From Tubiluchus corallicola (lineage: Eukaryota; Animalia; Priapulida): a stretch of DNA of 64,000 bases. The number at the start of each line of letters is the position of its first letter. The stretch's first letter is position 1. Made by a program: the position numbers and the translations under genes. The DNA is taken from NCBI GenBank assembly GCA_030141605.1, contig JAQGDQ010000871.1, positions 22,412 to 86,411 of the forward strand. Direction: 5' to 3'. A model generated the notes under the pieces. It searched no databases. It worked only from the letters and a program-made list of their open reading frames with translations, and was not told the origin of the DNA. Positions 27,298 through 41,286 of the stretch are shown here, piece by piece.

Positions 27298-28543
27298 ATG
27301 TATTACAAAGTTCTTGTCTTGGTAAGCTTTTTAGTATTGCAAAGCAGATGTATATTGTCTGATAGGCTTACATGTATCGACAGCGACAATGATAGCTGTG
27401 GCGAGAGAGATCAAACACCAAATTTTGTGTTGTTCTTCGCGGATGATGTTGGTTATGGCGATTTGTCTGTGTATGGTCACCCTACTCAAGAGTGGAACAG
27501 AATTGACAAAATGGCTACTGACGGAATTAGATTTACTCAATGGTATTCTGCTGATAGTGTATGCACTCCCAGTCGAGCAGCTCTGTTAACAGGTATCTTG
27601 TCAAGACACATAGATGTGATATGTTCTATACTTTTGTGGCAGTTTTGGTAGACATTAAGGCACACAGCACCTGAATAGTAGCTAGTGGCTAAAACGAAAG
27701 TGGGAACGTTTGGTACACGTAAAATTAGTACGAGGAAACTTTGGTATTGACAAAATTCGGTACTAGAAATTTTTAGTAGTAGGAAAATATGGTACTAGGG
27801 TTGTTTAGTACTGAGAAATATTGGTACAAGAGAGTTTTTGTACTATAAAAATATGGTACGAAGAAAATTTCGTACGAAAAAAGTTTGGTACTGGAAAATT
27901 TGGTACAAAACGAAAAAGAGAACATTTTTATATTGCAATAAACTAAAAGTTTCAAACGGAGAATAGACGTTACGCTATAGGGAAGTTTATCCAGGGCGGA
28001 AATTTGGTACTAGGAAAGTTGATTTATTAAAACGCCCTTGAAACATCTTAAGTAATAGTGGGTGACAGGCACATCTGAGAATTCTTTCAGCAAAATCTGT
28101 AAGGTCTACAACTTACCATACAAATTTTCGAAAAGTTCAGGCAATTAGTTTTTTTTTCGGGAAAAATGATTATTTTTCCTGTTTTTTACAAAGGTTATCA
28201 AACCGAGCGCAAATGCAGTGATGGGCAATGGTGTCACTGGAATGATCATCTTGTAGCATAGTTTGGGGGTGAGAACCGCCCTTCTTGGTGCTCCTACTGC
28301 TGCTGGTAGTGGCGACGGTGATGGTGTAATACTGTTATGATGCTGCTGTTGGCAACGGTCGCACTGGCAGCAATGGCGATGATGCTTATCATGTTGGCAC
28401 TCACCACCACGACTACCAACACCACTTTCACCGCCTCCACTGCCAACAATAACGACATCATCAACAACAATGGCAATAAGAAGACCAAAAACAACAAAAA
28501 GAACAGCAACAATAAGAACAACAACAACAACAACAACAACAAT

Positions 28544-28584
<41 letters not shown>

Positions 28585-31500
28585 CCAACAACAACAACAA
28601 TGATAACAGTAACAACAGCAATGACAGCAGCAATGACAGCAGCAACGGCAACAAAACAATAAATGTAACAATGATGAAAACAATGAAAATGACGATGATA
28701 ACGATGATGAGAATAGTAAAACCAGCAAGCAAAAACTAGCATACAATAAGAACAATAACAACACCATCAACAACATCAACAACACCAGAAAAAGATGACC
28801 ACATTGACATTAACAATAACAATAATAACGACACCAAAAAGCAACAAAAGCAACAGCAAAAAAAGACAAAAGTAATAATGACAATAATAATGATGACGAT
28901 GGTGATACTAATAACGACACCAAAAAGCAACAAAAGCAACAGCAACAAAAGACAAAAGTAATAATGACAACAATAATGATGATGATGGTGATGATAATAA
29001 CAACACCAAACAACAACAAAAGCAACAGCAACAAACGACAAAAGTAATAATGACAATAATAGTGATGATGATGGTGATGATAATGGTGACAATGTTGATT
29101 ACGGTAGTAGCGGAAGTGATCACAACAAAAAAAGCGAACAAGAAGCAGACAAACAACAACAGCACTGAGAAACAACAAACAACAGACAAATAAAAAAACG
29201 AACAGTAAACTAAATAAGAGTACCAAACTTGTTCCGTACCAATGTTACATTGTACCGTATTTACTTGTACCAAAAATTCTTGACAAAACTTCGCTAGTAG
29301 TGAATTTACCAGTGCCATATTTTGTTTTCATTTCAGGTCGTCTGCCTTTGCGTACAGGACTAGTAGGTGATTCGCGTCTTCTTCTAGCAGGTCACAACGT
29401 AGGTCTACCTAAAGAAGAAATCACAATAGCTGAAGCTTTGCAGGAAGCCGGGTACAAAACTGGAATGGTAGGAAAATGGCATCTAGGTAAAGTTCGTTCA
29501 AAATTAGTACTCCATTATATAGCTGCTGTACCATATGACTGTTGCAATATGATTACTGGTAGTTATTATTAGTCTAAGTTGCACACATCATCGTAAGTAT
29601 GGGCAAATTAAACCCTATAGAGTATGATTTAGATGAAACCGTGTCATTTATGTTTGATGTGTTGATGGATTTTAGTTTTTACAGATTCTTATAAAGAAAG
29701 TAATCATTTCATATTCGAGCATCAAGCTTTTCAAAAAAAAATACCGAGTTAATCTTATTGATATTTCAATTTATCACCAATTTAAAAAATATTAATGAAA
29801 CACCTCTAATTACTGCTGTGTTTACCTGTCTTGAGGGCAGTTTTCTTTTATTTTGGTAGTCTGCCTGCCCAATTTCTAGAATAGACCTAATGGGGATAAT
29901 TATGATTATTATTTATAATCAACGAAGTGATCAGTACATTTTTTTGAAAGGACAGAATGAGTGAAGGAACCACTTGATTTTTCCTAAAACTCGTACTGAA
30001 GCACGGGAATGATGTTTCCTTCAAAGCAGAACTCCCTGAACAGAACAGAATGTCTTGATTTGTAATTACCGCCGCCATTAATTGCCATAAAGGAATATAT
30101 TCAACTAATCATGTTTGCCTGTTGACGCGACATTTTTAATGTTTTGCATAATTTTTAGTATTCAACAGATTTCTATAATAAATATTGGTGGATTAGAGAC
30201 AATTTGTCTCACATGAAAACCGCAAAATGTAATATTTGTTCATTGACTAATTGTTACGTCTCAAACAGACAAGAAGAAATGCTGTTTCTGTAAAGTTTTA
30301 GGGGAGTCGTTTCAAAAAGTTGGCAACTTTGCCAGTCTTATGGGCTCCAATTTGCTAAATCCGTAAAAAACAGTTGCCAGCTTGAGAAATTAGCGGAAAA
30401 GCTAAAAAACGCACAAAACAAAATGCCGCCAAGTTTTTGCACAAGCTACATAAATCAAAATAAATTCCAGAAATTTGAAGGAAAAACCAACACTCGAACA
30501 AGATTCATTGTATTTTAATATACACATAGAAAGTCTGAAATTACCATAATGTACACGCATAAAATGTCTTGCTCAAAAATGCAAAAAAATTTAACTCATT
30601 CTTATTTCCCACCACAGGAACCTCCCCACGGGCATATTTGAAAGCAAATGCCGTAGGCTGGTGGACAGCACGAAGCACGTATAACAAAACTTCTGCAGTT
30701 CACTCAGAAATTGTATTAGTCTAGCTACTCTAGCTAAATTTTTTTGTTTAACTACTTTCATGCAAAAATGCATGTAGAAACAGTACCTCTAGAACAATCT
30801 GCTACATTCAGCACCATATTTGGATACAGCAGGGCAAACAAGACTCGCTTGTACACATTTACATCTGTCTTGGTATCCTTTGGCTGGCTGGCTGCGACAT
30901 GCATCAAGTTGTTGATATGATTGAGGTCTTAATGTCCAGCGTGGTTTCCAACATTCCATGTCATATCAGAGGACCTCTTCCTGCCCAACTCAAAACGGTG
31001 ATTATAAAGCTGGTGCGGTGATTCAATGCCTGGCCCAATCTGCTTGATATTCCAAACGTCTGGTATGCTCCAATAGTGTGGCGATGTTGGCTGAATTGCC
31101 TCCATCGATCTTCCCTATTTGGTGAGAATATTTTTAAGTGCTTTATCAATTGACACCAACATGTTAGCTTTATCATACAGGACTACAACCAAACGTTGGA
31201 AAACAGGCATGAGCTCTAACAGTGTTTCTTAAAGATATAAATACATCTGTTACGGGCTCAAACACTTGTAATGTAGACCAAGCCAGCTTTTTACCTCTCT
31301 CTGCAAGTGGTGAAGTCTTACCAGTATTGAGACAAAATCATGAGCGAGTTGATGATTCTTCAGGGCTGAGAGTTGATGATGGTATTCACAATTTCATATG
31401 ATCTAAGATATGGCCTATATAAACTGGCCACAACCAGGTTTTCGGCAATCCTAAAATTGGTGGCCATATTGGATAGTAATATTTAGGTGAAACAGTTTGG

Positions 31501-34500
31501 TAAGAGTCAGTTAGTTGCTTGCATGGAATTGGAGACTTACGATCCACTTTTACAGAGATATGTACAGAATATCCTTGTAGTTGGAAGTGTGTTGTTTTTT
31601 TGATACATTCAATCTAGTTTAGAAATTGTAGCGTACAAATGACTGTCTTGCATGTTGAATGTACAAGTTTTCTCACGTTCATGTACATGTACACGTTCAT
31701 ATTCTCATTTTTCTGGCAATATTTTGACTTTCGCCGAAGAGCCTCGTCCATTAACAGGTACAGTTAAATCAAATTCAACCAAAGCTGCAATTCTTTTCGT
31801 TTTCAATCTTTAGGTATCAACGAGTTTAACAGCAGTGATGGAAACCATCTTCCCTTTCACCATGGCTTTGATTGGGTGGGAACTGTTCACCCTCTTTCAC
31901 TCAACGTTAATTGTGGCACGGTATGTATATCCACAGTCCTCAGGTTAATGTTCAATAACTGTTTTTCAATGAAGCATGTAAACCGTTTAAAGAACGGCCT
32001 TAGTTTAGTTTGTTTACGTTTATTGTGCCGCAAATCCATAAAAACAGAAAAACAGTTTCTATATCACCTGACTTAACGTTATTTCATTAATTAATTCAGC
32101 AAGCATGAGATTGATAGGTTGGTCCTTACCCTGCGTTATCTACCTCTTCCTCCTTTCGATTTTTCCTGGATCCTCAGTGATGAGTATAACCCGAGAAATT
32201 TTGCCGAGAATCATTCCACTATTGTGAGAATTTCTAATGAATTGGGTTTTCGTTTTTGAAACAAAAATTACTAAAAGGCGCAGCTCTTGTGTTCACAGCT
32301 GTGGTATCCTGAAATATTATGTCATTGATTTTTCTGAAAATCTGTTAAAAGCGAAATGATCTGCATCAAGATAGTACATTTCAATATTGTTGTCTTTTAT
32401 GACTTATATATAGAATAAGGTGTGCTGAAAATAACTTTTTTATCCAATCTTTTTACAAATTTTCCTACTTTGGAGGTTTGACGAAAAACTAACATGGGTA
32501 AATTTTTTTCTAGAAAAACAGCTGTTAAGCAGTGTGAACATTTTCAACAGAAATTATAAAGAAATCACAATGCCAAATAAACAGCGCAAGGTAGTGTTTT
32601 TGTTTTTTAGAACAAATAGTAGCTTACATACCAATGGAAAAATCCATATAGGGGTAATTTTAAAAGCATTAGTTAACAATGGTGATATATGTATAAAATA
32701 CACACATTTTTAATTTGCAGATACAACTTCCTAACATGCAAAACTGTCACAGTTCTAGTGCGATAACTATTAATCATTGCAAACTACTGGAGAAAATTGC
32801 TAGGTCAGTGGAGTGGATATAATAGTTTTTAAAGTTTATCAAATCACTGCACAAATGCGCATATTTCCGAAATCTTAAGATGAGAGGAGACACGTGTTCC
32901 GAAAGCTTAATCTAGCTGAAAATTTACCCATATTAGTATCTCGTCAAACCTCCAAAGTAGGAAAAGCCGTAAAAAGATTTGATAAAAAAAGTTATTTTCA
33001 GCACACCCTAATATGGAATCCTTTAATACATTGTATTAATACATGGCGGCAATGCTTTTGTTCTCAAGTTGTTGACAATTTTTTCAGCGACATGCAGAAG
33101 AACCATCCAGCGCTGAATGTTTCCTATACTTCAACGACACCCTTATTCAACAACCTATCAACTTAGAAACAATGGCGATTCGTATGCTTGATGATGCTAA
33201 ACGTTTCATTAGAACCCAAGCTGAGGACTCTCGTCCGTTCTTTTTGTATTATTCTCTAACTCACACACATGCTGATCTCACAGTGAGCAAACGTTTTCAG
33301 GGAACTTCCAAACGAGGTGTGTTGGTTTTCGGTTATAGTAGCAGTGGCTGTAAAATCAGGCAAGTAACCATTTACTTGTCAACAATTAATAAGACAAGAA
33401 GATCCGTTGTGACTTAGCCACTCAATAACTGTCTAAATGTTTTGTAACTTGCACTGTACGTAGAATCTGTACAACGCCTGTTAACTCAGGCATTTGGTAA
33501 AACGGATACTTGGTAGAATGAAAACTTTATAACTCAGTATTCGGAAATTTGGTAATACATTTGTTTGGTAATAACCCACATAATTGCAACTGTTACAACT
33601 GATGGCTGCCAAAATATTTTACAGAGCAGACCTTTGTTAATTCACAATTACAGGCAGTTAGTAAATCACACACGTTATAGTTCAAATACACTGTAATCCT
33701 TGCACTAATAATTATGCTATAATAATTGCCCAAACGTTTGGTAGTATAGCTGGTAAACAAGTGTCTTGATCATCAAGCTTCCAGTCAGCAACGGTCGTAC
33801 GTGATCTGCAGGTGGCTTATTTGGGTTAAAGTACTTTTCAGTCCCCCTCCTTCGCCCCATTGCAAAGGTTTAGATCCAAATTTGGTCTAGACCAAAGCAG
33901 ATTGCGATCCTGTAGTCAAAATATAAAGGCATATTTTAATGATTATCCAGTTAATTCTAGATGTGCACTATCATAGCTATAATATAGCAAGGGATGGTGT
34001 TTAAAAGTAACACTAGCTCCAGAGATCTAGACATACATAGACACCTAGACATACAGATCCATAATAGTAGAACTGTTACTATGACCATTTTGAAACCTAC
34101 ACAGCGTGAATGTTAGAGTAGACCTAGATTAGGCCAAAGTTCGGAGTAGATTACTCAGTGGTCCTGTAGGTCCTTCTTTAACACGTCACCTTGCAGCTGA
34201 TTAGAAGTTCGGAAACTAACAAAAAGAAAGCAGTAACAATGCTTATCATATCTATTTAAGTTCCATGAACTTATTATAGATTTTAGGCTGTGCAGAATTT
34301 TTCACATATGTAACTTTCCAAAAATATGAAAAGTACTTACTAGTCGCTAAAATACTTGGTTACAAATTATTTCGATGAAGAAGTAAAGTTTATTACTATT
34401 ATTACAGTTGGTTTGTTCCGTGTTTAGGAATTTATGGAGATAATGTTCAAGAAATGGGGTGGATTATTGGAGAAGTATTTGACTTACTTGAAGAGCTGAA

Positions 34501-37500
34501 TATTCATGAAAATACAATGTCGTTATTTATTTCTGACAATGGTCCGTGGACAATGATTTGTCGTGAAGGTGGTACTTCAGGACCACTGAAAGGTTAGTGT
34601 GACGTAACAATGTGCCTATGGATTTTTCATACGCACATTATATGTACCTATGTCTACATGCACATTATTACAAATTATGCAATATGCCTCATTCCATGTA
34701 TAGGGTTCACAACAGATTCTGAAGTTTGAACTACTGTACTACTTATACATATTTACAATTTAAATTTCGATATGGCTGTTTCAATTTATTGCATTCCGTT
34801 GCATATTGGCAAGACCTAGGAGAAATTAAAGCTCTTTTCATCATGAAATCTAAGCCAATTTTGACTACCAAATACGTACAACTATTATGATTATACATAT
34901 AGTACAACAACGAAACTTGGAGTTTATCAAACACGAAACTTTTACATCAGAGCCTCAAAGTCCGAAGATTAATGTGGTTAGGACACTTTAGATAACCATC
35001 TAAACGGAGCTTTTGAACATTGCAATAAACACCTGGCAACCAAAAACAAGTTGAACAGCTACTATAAAACTGTTCTAGTTAACAAGGGTTTAATTTATTA
35101 AAAAAATGCTGTGCCTCAAATGTTCATAAAGGGTAAAGAGTTAGAACACTCTTTAGATTCAATTTTCTTTATTTTTTCCCTTCAGATGCTTTCGTCCATC
35201 TTTTATCAGCCGTGAGGGACAAGTGCTTCTGAAAGAAAAAATAAAAAAATTTTTGAGACCTAAAGAGCATTTTGAGACTTCCTTTACCGTTTACGACCAT
35301 GGCGAGTCTCAGAAGACGACTGTTTTATTGTCTTATTTTCAATTTCCATTCTTTATCTCGCCAATCATTTTCGTCTAAACAACATTTTAGTTTCCTAAAC
35401 AGCTCTGGGCCCAGCTTCACAAAGACGTCACTGAGTTAACGACGTCGTTTTTATGATGTGTCATTTAGTGATTGTAATAACAACATCGTATTAGTGATGG
35501 CTTAGTGAAACCACTCCCGATTCGTATAGATAATCATGCCAACATTTCTAAACTCTTAAGTCTATATGTTCCATGATATTAGCCTCAAGTCAGTGTGTAA
35601 TTGGCTAAACTGAAATGGCTTGCCATTTTTACAAGTACCTATTTTCTTTGTGTACTAGGTTAGTTATTACAGCTCTGCAAAGAGGTCAGTACTATCGAAA
35701 GTATATAAACAGGGATTTGAAACTCAGGCTTTGGGTGTGCGCGTATCTCGTACAGGCTCCTGATGTACGCGTATCTCGTACAGGCTCTTGGCGTACGTGT
35801 ATCTCATACAGGTTCTTGGCGTACGTGTATCTCGTACAGGCTCTTGGCGTACGTGTATCTCGTACAAGCTCTTGGCGTACGTGTATTTCGTTCTTGATGT
35901 ACGTGTATCTCGTACAGGCTCTTGATGTACGTGTATCTCGTACAGGCTCTTGATGTACGTGTATCTCGTACAGGCACTTGGCGTACGTGTATCTCGTACA
36001 GGCTCCTGGTGTACGTGTATCTCGTACAGGCTCCTGGTGTACGTGTATCTCGTACAGGCTCTTGGCGTACGTGTATCTCGTACAGGCTCTTGGCGTACGT
36101 GTATCTCGTACAGGCTCTTGGTGTGCGTGTATCTCGTACAGGCTCTTGGCGTACGTGTATCTCGTACAGTACAGTGGTGCGTATTCGTACAGGCACGTGT
36201 ATCTCGTACTTTTTTCGTACGTGTATTTCGTACAGGCACTGGGCTCGTGTGTATTGTACAGGCTCTCGCGTACGTGTATCTCGTACATCTTGGCGTACGT
36301 GATCGCAAGCTTGTAGTATCTTATGGCGTAGTATCGTACAGGTTTGGCGTACGTGTATTTCGTACAGGCTCTTGGCGTACGTGTATCTCGTACAGGCTCT
36401 TGATGTACGTGTATCTCGTACAGGCACTTGGCGTACGTGTATCTCGTACAGGTTCTTGGCATACGTGTATCTCGTACAGGCTCTTGGCGTACGTGTATCT
36501 CGTACAAGCTCTTGGTGTACGTGTATCTCGTACAGGCTCTTGGCGTACGTGTATCTCGTACAGGCTCTTGGCGTACGTGTATCTCGTACAGGCTCTTGGT
36601 GTACGTGTATCTCGTACAGGCTCTTGGCGTACGTGTATCTCGTACAGGCTCTTGGTGTACGTGTATCTCGTACAGGCTCTTGGTGTACGTGTATCTCGTA
36701 CAGGCTCTTGGTGTACGTGTATCTCGTACAGGTTTCTGATCTTCGTTTGTATCGGCTTAAACACCTTTTTGCCTAACAATATCTTGCAACCAAGACATTG
36801 TTGTCTTTGATGAGTTTTTGCTTGCATTTGTGCGAGAAAAATGAATCATCTTTTCAATCCACAGTAATTTAAACAAAACTTTAAAAGTACTTATTTCCAG
36901 GTGCCAAAGGTACTTCCTGGGAGGGTGGATATCGAGTTCCTGCAATAGCTCACTGGCCTGGTAAGATCAAAGCAAGCAAAATTTCAACAGCAGTGGTCAA
37001 CACTATGGATGTCTTTCCAACATTGCTGGAAATTGCAGAAGTTTCTCTACCAAGGGGAGTTTACATTGATGGTAGGTTTTCAATATCAGAGCTGTAGATT
37101 CTTAAAATAACTAAAAGTCTATTATTATTCGTAAGATGTGGTCTACAAAATGCTGTTTAAAAAGTCTGTGATTTGTGCAGAAATAAAATTACTCGTGTAA
37201 CATTTCGTTTTAGCGTTTCCAACAGTTAATGCGTCTCTGACAGGAAAATAATTACCAAGGGTAGAAACCATGTTTCCTTGATAATTACGTCCAATAAGTA
37301 CAACAATAGCACGAATGCTTGATCATTCGACACTTTCTTTGCTGTTATGCTGCTCCGGAATCATACTAGGATTTCTAAATTTTCACATTCTTGATCAGCC
37401 TGTATAAAGACAGCACCATTACTTTAGTCTTAGAAAATTCGGGTAAAAGTTCTTTGTCACGTGTTTTTAGTAGTGTGTAATCAGCAAATTTAGCAGTCTG

Positions 37501-38242
37501 AATCATTTATTTAGGCCTATTCTGGTTTTAATTTTATTTCATGTAACAATGTGGTTCTCTGAATTTATTGATTTTTCAGTGCCTAAACTGATGAGCCACT
37601 ATGAGCATTCAAACTAATACATCATATTTGTCTTATGCTATGTTATGTTACATTATGTTATGCTTCGTAACGTTACGCCGCGTTACGCTATGCTGCTCTG
37701 GGCAATTGCATTATTCGCCAGTACAATATGTTAACATTTTATTTTCAGGAATTTCAATTAAAACGATTCTGCTTAATGATGATGACGAATCACCCCATGA
37801 TCTCATTTACTACTACTGTAAGGACAAGTTGTTTGCTGTCCGTTACAAAGATTACAAAGTACATTTTTACACCACACCTCACCAGTCTGAACTCAAAAGC
37901 TGTTCTGGGGGATTCACAAATGGAAGTCTTTTGATACAATTCATGCTTTCTGACGATATAAAATCCCACTACATGTTTTGCGAAGGAAGTGACGTTAAAA
38001 AACAAGATCCCCCTCTTATATTTAACATTGCTGAAGATATTTCAGAGCAGTGGCCATTAAATGTCGATGATTTACCCAAAGAGGATAAAGATCTATTGGT
38101 CGTGGTTCAAAGGCTTGTTGAGGACCATAAGCAAACTCTATTTGGTGTTCGAAAGCCACTGTCTATGGAATGGAAAGGCATAAGGAACAAGGAATATGTC
38201 CCATGCCACGATCCACCACACTGCCGGCTGAACTATCCCTGA
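27298..38242 (+). CDS. Arylsulfatase (formylglycine-dependent S1 family, ARSA/GALNS-like); exons 27298-27592, 29337-29486, 31814-31920, 33088-33316, 34428-34592, 36901-37071, 37749-38242
   Basis: Signal peptide, [15 protein letters not shown], catalytic [66 protein letters not shown]. All six introns are GT-AG and frame-consistent. An alternative upstream ATG lies at 27265. Confidence 0.93.
27690..29316. mobile_element. Foldback-like element filling arylsulfatase intron 1
   Basis: Left arm of ~20-bp AAATTTGGTAC-type repeats (27710-28015), right arm with the inverse GTACCA repeats (29220-29310), enclosing a long CAA-rich low-complexity tract. Confidence 0.45.
28300..29215. repeat. (CAA)n/(GAT)n low-complexity region with imperfect internal duplications
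   Basis: Directly visible; it generates the poly-L/V/N/T ORFs in the track. Confidence 0.92.
35738..36735. repeat. 28-bp tandem array (~35 units) in arylsulfatase intron 5
   Basis: Consensus GTACGTGTATCTCGTACAGGCTCTTGGC, head-to-tail with no spacers; more degenerate at ~36165-36345. Confidence 0.97.
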
Positions 38243-38701
38243 TCTTTTGAAGTGTTCCAATTAAAATTATAATTGTTCGGAAAATTATTCTGGCTCATCG
38301 TGAAAAAGAAATTGGATAAAGTGTTGTTGGTCATTGTTGTGGTCAAGTGGCTAATTAGTGAATAACGAATTATATATTCTGAGATTAAACCAATAATTTT
38401 GATTAAAATGTTTTTGTGCAGCCGCAAAAGCTAGATCAGTTTTAGGTTCATCTGTAACATTAGACAAAATGGTTGATTAAATTTATTTCATAAGGGTGTC
38501 AATTTACCGAATAAAATACTGCTCGTAAAAATTTACTGTGTGTTATTAAATTTATGTAAAATGTGAAAATAAATCACTGATTTAACACTCTTTGCAAACA
38601 GGCATGCACGACGCTCTCAACTGTTGACCCTTTTTAATGCAGTTTGACTGTTACAAGACGAAATCCTAACTAATTATCGACCATCATTGCTTGGGACGTG
38701 G

Positions 38702-39355
38702 CAGGGCCGGATTAAAGTGCATTGCCGCCCAAAGCGTAGCCAATACCTAGTGCCCCGGCGATTTTCCCGACTCAAAGTATATTTGCTATGTGATACTAAT
38801 TGCGTGATTTTACATATATATATATATAACAAATTCCATTGTTCTATGTAAGATTTATACCATTTAAAATCTTTATTGACTTCTAGTTGAAATTTTGGTT
38901 AAATAAATCAACTACAAAAAAGAAGGCATTATGCCTGGCAATAACAAAAAAGAACCAAACTACTGTCAAGCATGACATTAAAATGACCCCACTGCATGAC
39001 TAATTACTCATGAAACTTCCTGCTCCAGGACCTTGGCAAATGGCTGTTGCTGATGTTGTGGTTGCCAACTTGCCATAAGGATTAGTGAAACATTGTGATA
39101 AAATGAGAAGACACTTTGCAAGACAAATCCCGTGGCTCTATATAAGATTTATACCACTTAAATTCTTTTTTGATAGGAAAAAAAACCCAGCCATTTAGGT
39201 ATTTCATTCTGCTGTAGCAGTCTATCTCACATTTTAAACTGTGAAAAGCTTTTATGGTCTTTAACATGCTTTATTAAAATTTTCAATTTAATTTTTGCCA
39301 GCCTGGTGCCCCTAGGGCCGCGAGCTTAGTCTGTTTATGCGTTAATCCGGTCCTG
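38702..39355. mobile_element. hAT-type non-autonomous element (MITE)
   Basis: TIRs CAGGGCCGGATTAA / rc CAGGACCGGATTAA; exact 8-bp TSD GGACGTGG on both sides. Confidence 0.88.
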
Positions 39356-40559
39356 GGACGTGGCTTGCTTGTGACGTTCGTTCAGCTTCGTACAAACCAT
39401 CCTTCACTATGACAAAGAATGTGGGGCCCGTCTTGCAGATGAAATGTTATACAACGTTATACAGTAACGCCATAACTAAAATTTTCACTCTCGCAAAAAC
39501 GTGCTACACGTTCGTGAAATGTTTCTGCTGTTACAAAATAAAATTCAGTCGTGGCGTCATCACTAGCTGTACTCGATGGCCGTTAACTAGGTTTCTAAGC
39601 TAAGAATTAATGTTAGGAAACAGTTTATCATTCTTATACTTGACAAATTGTGTACTTTTACCATACTTCAAAATGGGATAGGATCTGAAAAAAATCATCC
39701 TGTTTTTCTTTAAATTCTATTTATTGGTTTTGTATGTGTCTAAATTAGTTTAGAAATAAATTTTATTTTTTTCTTATAAAAAAGCAAGAGCAGGCGAGTC
39801 CGCATAGGAAATATCAGTGTAAGAACAATTTCTTTCTGACAGCAGTCCGAGCTGACTTGAAGGTATCGGCTAAATCTGCAAAGTGCAAAGCCATTCTACT
39901 ATATAATGCAAATCTCTCTACTGCATAATGCAGATTTTCAGAACAACACCAAAAATATCAGCTAGAGTGACCACATTTACATAGGCCTACTATACCTTGT
40001 ACTTCGTTTAGACAGTATTGGTTTTTAAGTACATGTGTGAGAAAATGAGTAATGACAATGGTGCTTTTCGTTTGAATAGACCGATAGTAATCTAGTTACT
40101 GATGACATTTCAAAAGCTACGATTTTAAATGATTTTTTCCAAAAAAATCGCCGTTAATGATGGTAATTTAAATGATGTTGAGATGAAAGTCACTCCTGAT
40201 ATAAGTTCATGGTTAATTTTCCACCTTCATGGTGAAAATGATAAAGAAGTTAAAGTATAAAAAAGCCGAACTCCTGAAGAAATCCCGGCTACATTTTACA
40301 AAACACCTGCCATGTGTACTATGTGTACGTCTATCAATTTTTCTGAAAGTCTTTCAACGGTGGTGTTTTCCCAGCAATATGGAAGCTGGCAAATATAATG
40401 CCAACATTCAAGAAAGGGGAAGGTTCTGGTTCAAACAACTGCAGACCAGTGACGGACGCTGAGCAGTGTAACATGCTAGTTGGTGGAGATTGTTATTGCA
40501 TAAAATTCTGTTAAATATGTAAGAATGTGACATCTTTTATCTCGTAAACAACAAGGTTT

Positions 40560-40980
40560 TCTGACAGGAAAGTCCAAATGTACACGCTTGTTAGAATGTT
40601 TGTATAACTTGGACCTGGCAATAGATCTGATTAAATTACTGATTACGGGGAAAATACTGATATTATTTATACAGATATATAGATTTTAAAAAGGACTTAG
40701 TTACAGTTCGTCAAAGCTTTTGCACAAATTACAGTCTTTTGGTATACATGGTCCTCTGTTACATTAGATTGTCTGTTTTCAGAAACAAGGCAAATAGTGT
40801 GTAGTTATCGGGTTTTTCAGCTTCAGACTATGTGTAATAGTCACATCAGGTGTACCAGAAGGAAGAGTTTTGGGCTCCGTTTTGTTTTTGCTCTTCATTA
40901 ATGATTTGCCTGAAAAAGTAGGTCTTTCAAATCTTAAGCTTTCTGCTGATGATGTCATGTACTTACAGTGTCAGTAAAAT
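40560..40980 (+). mobile_element. Decayed CR1-type LINE reverse transcriptase fragment
   Basis: Frameshifted pieces read IDFKK...KLQSFGI...VTSGVPEGRVLG..LFLLFINDLP...KLSADD. Confidence 0.7.
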
Positions 40981-41286
40981 TTAACTCAGTGTTAATAATT
41001 TAAATTAAATTAAATTAAGTATTTGTTATGCTATCTTGTAGATGTAGATACGGCAGTAGCAATAATACTTACACACGCCACGTGCAATTGAGGAATCTAG
41101 CTTTGAAAACAAAAAGCGGTGGTGTCCTCTGTTGTCTAAAAAGGTGATATACAAGCTACAAAACATTCATGGCCAAAAACGTATAAAATGCGCACGAAGG
41201 ATTGCTGTTATTGCTGAACTGTCGTCTGCTACGTTGCCACTGATGCATAGCTTTTCCTGTAACTTTGTCGATTTTTTTATCTTCAA

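Noticed and set aside
28145-29318. Poly-Leu/Val/Asn/Cys ORFs
   Set aside because: Translations of microsatellite sequence within an intron.
35738-36735. CRISPR array, or real proteins from the ten overlapping ORFs
   Set aside because: Head-to-tail repeats with no unique spacers, no cas genes, located in a eukaryotic intron; the ORFs arise from a stop-free unit.
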